Position numbers and translations under genes: made by a program. A stretch of DNA of 6,337 nucleotides, from the IMG/VR virus record IMGVR_UViG_2693429524_000012; one strand, written 5' to 3'. Under the pieces are notes generated by a model. That model saw only the letters and a list, made by a program, of their open reading frames with translations. It searched no databases and was not told where the DNA came from. Shown here piece after piece: positions 1-5,389 of this stretch; position 1 is the first letter of the stretch, and each line of letters begins with the position of its first letter. Source of the stretch: a virus. Taxonomy: Duplodnaviria > Heunggongvirae > Uroviricota > Caudoviricetes.

Positions 1-70
1 CCTGACTTTCCAGAACCATACGAATCGCCCGCTGACGGACTTCGGGGGAAAAACGAGTATTTTTAGTCAT
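1..70 (-). CDS. IS3-family transposase OrfA, N-terminal 23 codons (partial, runs off window)
   Basis: Complement of 1..70 translates MTKNTRFSPEVRQRAIRMVLESQ, with ATG at complement 68..70 and AAAGAGG 8 nt upstream. The N-terminus matches my recollection of IS629-group OrfA. Confidence 0.8.
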   Translation of the reverse strand, partial: MTKNTRFSPEVRQRAIRMVLESQ

Positions 71-124
71 CCTGTTTACCTCTTTCTCAGGGAGTTTAGT
101 CTCCAGGATTTCCGGGGCGGTTCA
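1..124 (-). mobile_element. IS3-family insertion sequence (IS629/IS1203/IS3411-like), left end; element continues beyond the window start
   Basis: Reverse complement of 71..124 reads TGAACCGCCCCGGAAATCCTGGAGACTAAACTCCCTGAGAAAGAGGTAAACAGG, a typical IS3-group terminal inverted repeat (5'-TG...), followed by a GAGG ribosome-binding site and the orfA start. Shares TGAACCGCCCCGG...TCCTGGAGA with the IS end at 6227. Family name is from memory of IS629 termini. Confidence 0.8.
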
Positions 125-139
125 CCGCGAGGAATCAGT

Positions 140-358
140 ATGCAGAAACGAGAACCCGTCATCATCGCGCCAGACTATACCGATGATGAACTTTATGAGT
201 GGATGCGCCAGAAAATTAATGCAGCGCAGGATCTGAAATGGGCCAATGAAGCCAGGGCTAAGCAGGCTGAAAATCTGTCCGCTCTGGAGCAGGATATCAC
301 TAATCTGGAAAAAGCAGCGACATTAAGCATTGCCAGAATGATTACATACCCGCGTTAA
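140..358 (+). CDS. ydfC: Small prophage early-left protein, 72 aa, YdfC-like by length and synteny
   Basis: ATG at 140 with GAGGA (129..133) 6 nt upstream; 72-aa ORF immediately upstream of the spacer and dicF, as in the Qin ydfABC-dicF-dicB-ydfD arrangement. The symbol rests on synteny and length (K-12 YdfC is 72 aa), not on a verified alignment. Confidence 0.6.
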   Translation: MQKREPVIIAPDYTDDELYEWMRQKINAAQDLKWANEARAKQAENLSALEQDITNLEKAATLSIARMITYPR

Positions 359-699
359 TAGCTAACCAACGAAGCTAAGGTTGGTAATTAAGGAGTTCTC
401 CACGGATGAGGTGGAGTGCGTGCGCCGGACACGGGTGAGCATCCGGCACTGACAGTTTACTGAAAGGATATTTCCCTGAAAAGTCAGACCATAACGCGAA
501 AGCGCACGGCGAGGTAGCTGGTTCATAGATAGCCTGTCGTTAAATTTTCGTCGACCGTGCGCTTCCGGTTGTGGCAATCCGCGAAATGGCGCGGCGGTAA
601 GTATGGCGGGGTTATTCCTTCCCCCGTTGAGGACACCGGGTTGTCAGGTTGACCATACGCTTAAGTGACAACCCCGCTGCAACGCCCTCTGTTATCAAT

Positions 700-752
700 T
701 TTCTGGTGACGTTTGGCGGTATCAGTTTTACTCCGTGACTGCTCTGCCGCCC
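700..752 (+). ncRNA. dicF: DicF small regulatory RNA (ftsZ translation inhibitor)
   Basis: Sequence TTTCTGGTGACGTTTGGCGGTATCAGTTTTACTCCGTGACTGCTCTGCCGCCC followed by TTTTT (753..757) matches the 53-nt DicF sequence as I recall it. GC-rich stem (GGCGG...CCGCC) plus U-run gives a terminator-like 3' end. It lies between the ydfC-like ORF and dicB, as in Qin. Confidence 0.85.
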
Positions 753-926
753 TTTTTAAAGTGAATTTTGTGATGTGGTGAATGCGGCTGAGCGCACGCG
801 GAACAGTTAAAACCAAAAACAGTGTTATGGGTGGATTCTCTGTATCCGGCGTTAATTGTTAACTGGTTAACGTCACCTGGAGGCACCAGGCACTGCATCA
901 CAAAATTCATTGTTGAGGACGCGATA

Positions 927-1115
927 ATGAAAACGTTATTACCAAACGTTAATACGTCTGAAGGTTGTTTTGAAATTGGTGTCACTATCAGTAACCCAGT
1001 ATTTACTGAAGATGCCATTAACAAGAGAAAACAAGAACGGGAGCTATTAAATAAAATATGCATTGTTTCAATGCTGGCTCGTTTACGTCTGATGCCAAAA
1101 GGATGTGCACAATGA
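927..1115 (+). CDS. dicB: Cell-division inhibitor DicB (62 aa)
   Basis: ATG at 927 with GAGGA (915..919) 7 nt upstream. The 62-aa product MKTLLPNVNTSEGCFEIGVTISNPVFTEDAINKRKQERELLNKICIVSMLARLRLMPKGCAQ matches DicB in length and, from memory, in sequence; it lies directly downstream of dicF. The 97-aa ORF-track version (822..1115) is an in-frame upstream extension without an RBS. Confidence 0.85.
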   Translation: MKTLLPNVNTSEGCFEIGVTISNPVFTEDAINKRKQERELLNKICIVSMLARLRLMPKGCAQ

Positions 1116-1303
1116 ATTCAGCATTTGTGCTTGTTCTGACAGTTTTTCTTGTTTCCGGAGAGCCAGTTGATATTGCAGTCAGTGTTCACAGGACAATGCA
1201 GTAGTGTATGACTGCAGCAACCGAACAGAAAATTCCCGGTAACTGTTACCCGGTCGATAAAGTTATTCACCAGGATAATATCGAAATCCCGGCAGGTCTT
1301 TAA
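1112..1303 (+). pseudogene. ydfD: ydfD-like lysis-protein gene interrupted by an in-frame amber codon (TAG at 1202..1204)
   Basis: ATG at 1112 overlaps the dicB stop (ATGA). The frame reads MNSAFVLVLTVFLVSGEPVDIAVSVHRTMQ, then TAG, then CMTAATEQKIPGNCYPVDKVIHQDNIEIPAGL and TAA at 1301..1303. A sense codon at the TAG would give 63 aa, the length of K-12 YdfD. The N-terminal 30 aa are hydrophobic and membrane-anchor-like. Confidence 0.6.
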
Positions 1304-1395
1304 AACAGTTCCGTAATAAATATCCGGTTTCATTCTTATATGCCAGCAATGGCAGGGATTTGTTCATCCTTAAATCTGTCATGAGGTTAAAACAA

Positions 1396-3867
1396 ATGAG
1401 TAAAGTCTTTATTTGCGCCGCTATTCCTGACGAACTGGCAACAAGGGAAGAAGGCGCTGTGGCTGTAGCCACAGCCATTGAAGCTGGCGACGAACGCCGT
1501 GCTCGAGCAAAATTTCACTGGCAATTCCTGGAACATTATCCGGCTGCTCAGGACTGCGCTTATAAATTTCTTGTCTGCGAGGATAAACCCGGTATACCCC
1601 GCCCTGCCCTCGATTCCTGGGATGCTGAATATATGCAGGAAAACCGCTGGGATGAGGCGTCTGCTTCCTTTGTCCCGGTTGAGACTGAATCAGATCCGAT
1701 GAACGTCACTTTTGACAAGCTGGCCCCTGAAGTACAGAACGCTGTCATGGTTAAGTTCGACACATGTGAAAACATCACCGTTGATATGGTGATTAGTGCG
1801 CAGGAACTGTTGCAGGAAGACATGGCAACATTCGACGGACATATCGTTGAAGCGTTGATGAAAATGCCAGAAGTTAACGCCATGTATCCGGAGCTTAAGC
1901 TGCATGCCATCAGGTGGGTTAAGCATAAATGTAAGCCTGGTGCCAAATGGCCCGAAATTCAGGCAGAGATGCGCATCTGGAAAAAACGTCGCGAAGGTGA
2001 ACGCAAGGAAACCGGAAAATACACGTCTGTTGTTGATCTCGCCCGCGCCAGAGCCAATCAACAGTACACTGAAAATTCAACAAGAAAAATCAGCCCGGTC
2101 ATTGCTGCCATTCATCGCGAATACAAGCAGACATGGAAAACACTGGATGACGAACTGGCCTACGCTCTCTGGCCTGGTGATGTGGATGCCGGAAACATTG
2201 ACGGCAGCATCCATCGCTGGGCAAAAAATGAAGTTATCGACAACGACCGCGAAGACTGGAAGCGTATCTCGGCATCAATGCGCAAACAGCCTGATGCCCT
2301 TCGCTACGACCGCCAGACTATTTTTGGCCTTGTCCGTGAACGTCCGATCGACATTCACAAAGACCCTGTGGCACTGAACAAATACATTACTGAATACCTG
2401 ACTACAAAGGGCGTGTTTGAAGATGAAGGAACAAATCAGAGCACAACTGATACTCTCTCGTCGCCAGTACCAGAAACTGATGCAGTGGAAACGGCAATTC
2501 CGGACAACGAAAAAACCGAATGCAAAGTGGAAATCGAACCATCTGTAGAGCGTGAGGGGCCGTTCTACTTCCTCTTCACCGACAAGGATGGCGAAAAATA
2601 CGGTCGCGCAAACAAACTTTCTGGTCTGAATAAGGCGCTGACTGCAGGGGCTACTGAAATCACGAAAGAAGAATATTTTGCCCGCAAAAACGGTACATAC
2701 TCAGGTTCACAACAAAATACTGGTGCATCTGACACGACCGCACAACCAGAGCCGGTAAAAGTTACCGCTGAAGAAGTAAACAAAATTATGCAGGCAGCCA
2801 ATATCAGCCAGCCTGACGCCGATAAGTTGCTTGCTGCCTCTCGCGGAGAATTTGTTGCAGGGATTAGCGACCCGAATGATCCGCAATGGGTGAAGGGGAT
2901 TGAAACCCGCGACTCTGCAAACCAGAACCAGCAAGAATCGGAACAGAACGACCAGAAAACGGAACAAAACAGCCCAAATGCGCAACAAAACGAGCCAGAA
3001 ACGAAACAGGTTGAACCAGTAGCGCAACAGGAGCCGGAAAAAGTCTGCACCGCCTGCGGTCAGACCGGCGGCGGCAACTGCCCTGATTGTGGCGCGGTGA
3101 TGGGCGACGCAACATACCAGGAAACATTCGATGAAGAGTATCAGGTTGAAGTTCAGGAAGATGATCCGGAGAAAATGGAAGGCGCTGAACATCCACACAA
3201 GGAGAACACTGGCGGCAATCAGCATCACGATAGCGATAATGAAACTGGCGAGACGGCAGATCACTCAATTAAGGTGAACGGTCATCACGAAATCACATCC
3301 ACCAGCAGGACGTGTGACCATCTAATGATCGACCTTGAAACCATGGGAAAAAATCCTGATGCCCCGATCATCTCAATAGGTGCAATATTTTTCGATCCGC
3401 AAACCGGAGATATGGGACCGGAATTTAGTAAGACTATCGATCTGGAAACTGCTGGCGGAGTCATTGATCGGGACACCATTAAATGGTGGCTTAAGCAATC
3501 ACGCGAAGCGCAATCTGCCATTATGACCGATGAAATCCCGTTAGATGATGCACTGTTACAATTGCGGGAATTTATCGACGAAAACTCCGGTGAATTTTTT
3601 GTTCAGGTCTGGGGAAATGGAGCCAACTTCGACAACACGATTTTGCGCCGTTCATACGAACGGCAGGGGATCCCCTGCCCGTGGCGTTACTACAACGATC
3701 GCGATGTACGCACAATCGTTGAGCTGGGGAAAGCCATAGACTTCGATGCCAGAACGGCTATTCCATTCGAAGGTGAGCGCCATAATGCACTTGATGACGC
3801 CCGTTACCAGGCAAAATACGTTTCAGTTATCTGGCAAAAACTGATCCCGAGTCAGGCTGATTTTTAA
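1396..3867 (+). CDS. Large prophage early-left protein (~823 aa): uncharacterised N-terminal region, Q/N/E-rich linker, CxxC-x7-CxxC zinc ribbon, C-terminal DEDDh (DnaQ/RNase T-like) 3'-5' exonuclease domain
   Basis: Long uninterrupted ORF; preferred start ATG 1396 (GAGG at 1384..1387, 8-nt spacer); alternatives are ATG 1381 and TTG 1360 (ORF-track start). DEDDh motifs are visible: Exo I MIDLETMG (3325..3348), Exo II WGNGANFDNT (3610..3639), Exo III HNALDDARYQ (3781..3810). Zinc ribbon CTACGQTGGGNCPDC at 3046..3090. It occupies the position of ydfE in Qin (truncated by IS2 in K-12) and of exo/recE in lambdoid phages. Confidence 0.85.
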   Translation: MSKVFICAAIPDELATREEGAVAVATAIEAGDERRARAKFHWQFLEHYPAAQDCAYKFLVCEDKPGIPRPALDSWDAEYMQENRWDEASASFVPVETESDPMNVTFDKLAPEVQNAVMVKFDTCENITVDMVISAQELLQEDMATFDGHIVEALMKMPEVNAMYPELKLHAIRWVKHKCKPGAKWPEIQAEMRIWKKRREGERKETGKYTSVVDLARARANQQYTENSTRKISPVIAAIHREYKQTWKTLDDELAYALWPGDVDAGNIDGSIHRWAKNEVIDNDREDWKRISASMRKQPDALRYDRQTIFGLVRERPIDIHKDPVALNKYITEYLTTKGVFEDEGTNQSTTDTLSSPVPETDAVETAIPDNEKTECKVEIEPSVEREGPFYFLFTDKDGEKYGRANKLSGLNKALTAGATEITKEEYFARKNGTYSGSQQNTGASDTTAQPEPVKVTAEEVNKIMQAANISQPDADKLLAASRGEFVAGISDPNDPQWVKGIETRDSANQNQQESEQNDQKTEQNSPNAQQNEPETKQVEPVAQQEPEKVCTACGQTGGGNCPDCGAVMGDATYQETFDEEYQVEVQEDDPEKMEGAEHPHKENTGGNQHHDSDNETGETADHSIKVNGHHEITSTSRTCDHLMIDLETMGKNPDAPIISIGAIFFDPQTGDMGPEFSKTIDLETAGGVIDRDTIKWWLKQSREAQSAIMTDEIPLDDALLQLREFIDENSGEFFVQVWGNGANFDNTILRRSYERQGIPCPWRYYNDRDVRTIVELGKAIDFDARTAIPFEGERHNALDDARYQAKYVSVIWQKLIPSQADF

Positions 3868-3882
3868 TGTTCAACCCTAATT

Positions 3883-3908
3883 GCCGCTAACCGTATATAG
3901 TTAGCGGC
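3883..3908 (+). promoter_or_regulatory. Perfect 9-bp-stem hairpin (GCCGCTAAC-cgtatata-GTTAGCGGC) between the exonuclease gene and xis
   Basis: Perfect inverted repeat at 3883..3891 and 3900..3908 with an 8-nt loop. There is no U-run after it, so it is unlikely to be a strong intrinsic terminator; it may be an RNA stability or processing element or a protein-binding site. Confidence 0.4.
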
Positions 3909-3925
3909 GGTTATGAGATATAGCT

Positions 3926-4129
3926 ATGAGCAACTTATTTTTAACCGAAGATGAATTGCTAATATTAACGGGCTGCAAATATGCAAGCCACCAGCGAAAA
4001 TGGTTAACGGAAAACGGGCTTCCGTTCTATACCAATCGTAGTGGCAAACCGATTGTCAGCCGGGATCTATTTACCTGCAATAAAACTTTACCACCACGCG
4101 AGGTAGAGCCGAATTTTGGTGCAATCTAA
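3926..4129 (+). CDS. xis: Excisionase-like small DNA-binding protein (DUF4224-type Xis), 67 aa
   Basis: 67-aa ORF directly upstream of int and translationally coupled to it (TAATG overlap at 4127..4131). The N-terminus MSNLFLTEDELLILTGCKYASHQRKWLTENGLPFY resembles the small helix-turn-helix proteins usually found upstream of lambdoid integrases. Function is inferred from position and general resemblance. Confidence 0.7.
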   Translation: MSNLFLTEDELLILTGCKYASHQRKWLTENGLPFYTNRSGKPIVSRDLFTCNKTLPPREVEPNFGAI

Positions 4130-5154
4130 TGGGAAGACGAAGGAAAAATCCTGAACACGAAAAACTACCTCCAAATGTATACCCAAATAAATATAGTTAT
4201 GTATGGAAACCAACATCCAGAGAATCTGTCACACTAACCGCCATCAAGGATGGTTTAGCTGCTTTATGGAAAAAGTATGAGGAAACTGTAAATAATCGCG
4301 ATCGTGCAATGACATTCGGTCGCTTGTGGGAAAAATTCCTCGCCAGCGCCTATTACAGTGACCTCAGTCCAAGAACACAAAAAGATTATCTGCAACATCA
4401 AAAAAAGTTGCTTGCCGTATTCGGTAAGGTGCCGGCAGATTCCATAAAACCAGAACACATCCGTCGATACATGGACAAGAGAGGGGAACAGAGTAAAACG
4501 CAAGCCAACCATGAAAAAAGCAGTATGTCCCGCGTTTACAGTTGGGGGTATGAGCGAGGGTACGTGAAGGCTAACCCATGTGCAGGTGTAAGTAAATTCA
4601 AGGCCAAAAACCGCGAACGATATGTAACCGACAAAGAATACCAGGCAGTATTAAGCGTTGCACCTCTTCCTGTTTTTATCGCAATGGAAATTGCCTATCT
4701 GTGTGCAGCGAGGGTTTCCGATGTGTTATCGCTGAAATGGGAGCAGATTGGAAACGACGGAATCTTTATCCAGCAAGGGAAAACAGGAAAAAAACAGATA
4801 AAAGCATGGAGTCCACGATTACAGGCGGCGATCGAAAAAGCAAAACAGTTACCAACATCCGCCTATGTAATCAGTAATCAATACGGCAACCGATATATGT
4901 ACAAAGGCTTTAACGAAATGTGGGTAGAAGCAAGAAATCGCGCAGGCAAAATTTCAGGTATTTTAACCGACTTCACCTTTCATGATCTGAAGGCGAAAGG
5001 AATTTCAGACTATGAAGGAAGCAGTCGGGATAAGCAACTTTTCTCTGGTCACAAAACCGAGGGGCAAGTGCTAATCTATGACAGGAAGGTTAAAGTTTCA
5101 CCGACACTTGATGTCCCGTTACCTGAAAATATTCCAAGAAAATATTCCAAGTAA
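4129..5154 (+). CDS. int: Phage integrase, tyrosine recombinase of the lambda Int family (341 aa); Lys found where catalytic Arg II is expected
   Basis: By-eye alignment with lambda Int catalytic regions: AARVSDVLSLKWEQI (Arg I), QQGKTGKK (Lys), FHDLKAKG (His present, Lys at 4990..4992 where HxLR Arg is expected), GHKTEG (His), LIYDRK (Tyr). The gene ends 49 bp from the 3' end of serU. Confidence 0.9.
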   Translation: MGRRRKNPEHEKLPPNVYPNKYSYVWKPTSRESVTLTAIKDGLAALWKKYEETVNNRDRAMTFGRLWEKFLASAYYSDLSPRTQKDYLQHQKKLLAVFGKVPADSIKPEHIRRYMDKRGEQSKTQANHEKSSMSRVYSWGYERGYVKANPCAGVSKFKAKNRERYVTDKEYQAVLSVAPLPVFIAMEIAYLCAARVSDVLSLKWEQIGNDGIFIQQGKTGKKQIKAWSPRLQAAIEKAKQLPTSAYVISNQYGNRYMYKGFNEMWVEARNRAGKISGILTDFTFHDLKAKGISDYEGSSRDKQLFSGHKTEGQVLIYDRKVKVSPTLDVPLPENIPRKYSK

Positions 5155-5161
5155 TTCCAAG
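5126..5161 (+). repeat. Tandem direct repeats AAAATATTCCAAG x2 plus a third TAATTCCAAG copy, spanning the int stop codon
   Basis: Perfect 13-bp units at 5126..5138 and 5139..5151, with a third ATTCCAAG at 5154..5161. Position at the int 3' end next to the tRNA/att junction is typical of integrase arm-type binding sites. Confidence 0.6.
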
Positions 5162-5203
5162 TGTGATTTTTGTCACTGACTTAATGATGTATAAGTGATT
5201 GAA

Positions 5204-5293
5204 TTTTGGCGGAGAGAGGGGGATTTGAACCCCCGGTGGAGTTGCCCCCACTCCGGTTTTCGAGACCGGTCCGTTCAGCCGCTCCGGCATCTC
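5204..5293 (-). tRNA. serU: tRNA-Ser (anticodon CGA), 90 nt with long variable arm and encoded CCA
   Basis: Reverse complement is GGAGAGATGCCGGAGCGGCTGAACGGACCGGTCTCGAAAACCGGAGTGGGGGCAACTCCACCGGGGGTTCAAATCCCCCTCTCTCCGCCA. Seven-bp acceptor stem GGAGAGA/TCTCTCC, anticodon loop CUCGAAA (anticodon CGA), class II variable arm, T-loop GGTTCAAATCC. The symbol follows from the anticodon and the adjacent mtfA. Confidence 0.95.
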
Positions 5294-5389
5294 TCCGTTC
5301 AGATGGTTGCCATGATGCCAGGAAATTTGGCATTTTAACAGTCCCTGTCCGTGCAATTTTGTTCAAGTGACGAGTTTGCGAGCAAAACG

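Noticed and set aside
362-577. 71-aa ORF on the minus strand inside the ydfC-dicF spacer
   Set aside because: No ribosome-binding site, and it lies antisense within a structured RNA-precursor region; better explained as a chance ORF.
728-1063. 111-aa minus-strand ORF overlapping dicF and dicB
   Set aside because: Antisense to two well-supported features (DicF RNA and dicB), with no RBS and a low-complexity product; a chance ORF.
822-1115. 97-aa version of the dicB ORF starting at 822
   Set aside because: In-frame upstream extension with no RBS; the ATG at 927 has a GAGGA RBS and gives the expected 62-aa DicB.
1360-1395. TTG start at 1360 (ORF-track start) for the large gene
   Set aside because: No RBS upstream of 1360, whereas ATG 1396 has GAGG with an 8-nt spacer; the 12 extra codons are probably untranslated. 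ATG 1381 remains a possible alternative.
1118-1478. Two 71-aa minus-strand ORFs (1118..1333 and 1263..1478) antisense to ydfD and the start of the large gene
   Set aside because: No convincing RBS, Cys-rich or low-complexity products, and overlap with better-supported + strand genes.
2920-3040. Possible DNA-level tandem repeat or CRISPR-like array in the A/C/G-rich stretch
   Set aside because: Only loose codon-level repetition (Gln/Asn/Glu codons); no regular repeat-spacer periodicity. It is a low-complexity protein linker, not a repeat array.
1478-3739. Multiple ORFs of 64 to 185 aa on both strands inside the large gene (for example 1560..1946 -, 1904..2377 +, 2565..3050 -, 2707..3264 -, 2864..3268 -, 3285..3521 -)
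   Set aside because: All lie in alternative frames or antisense within one long, well-supported CDS and have biased, low-complexity translations; artefacts of the composition of the large gene.
4264-4512. 82-aa minus-strand ORF inside int
   Set aside because: Antisense within a clearly recognisable integrase gene; no independent support.
5090-5366. Minus-strand ORFs of 88 and 61 aa overlapping the tRNA
   Set aside because: They read through the tRNA-Ser gene and att region; the tRNA structure fully explains this DNA.
5351-5389. GTG start at 5351 extending MtfA by 13 residues
   Set aside because: MtfA is 265 aa starting MIKWPWK at ATG 5390; the extension would run into the serU upstream region.
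5294-5389. Candidate serU promoter (TTGCAC / TAAAAT on the minus strand) in the serU-mtfA divergent intergenic region
   Set aside because: Spacing between the best -35 and -10 candidates is about 13 nt, which is non-canonical; I could not place a convincing promoter by eye, so it is not reported as a feature.
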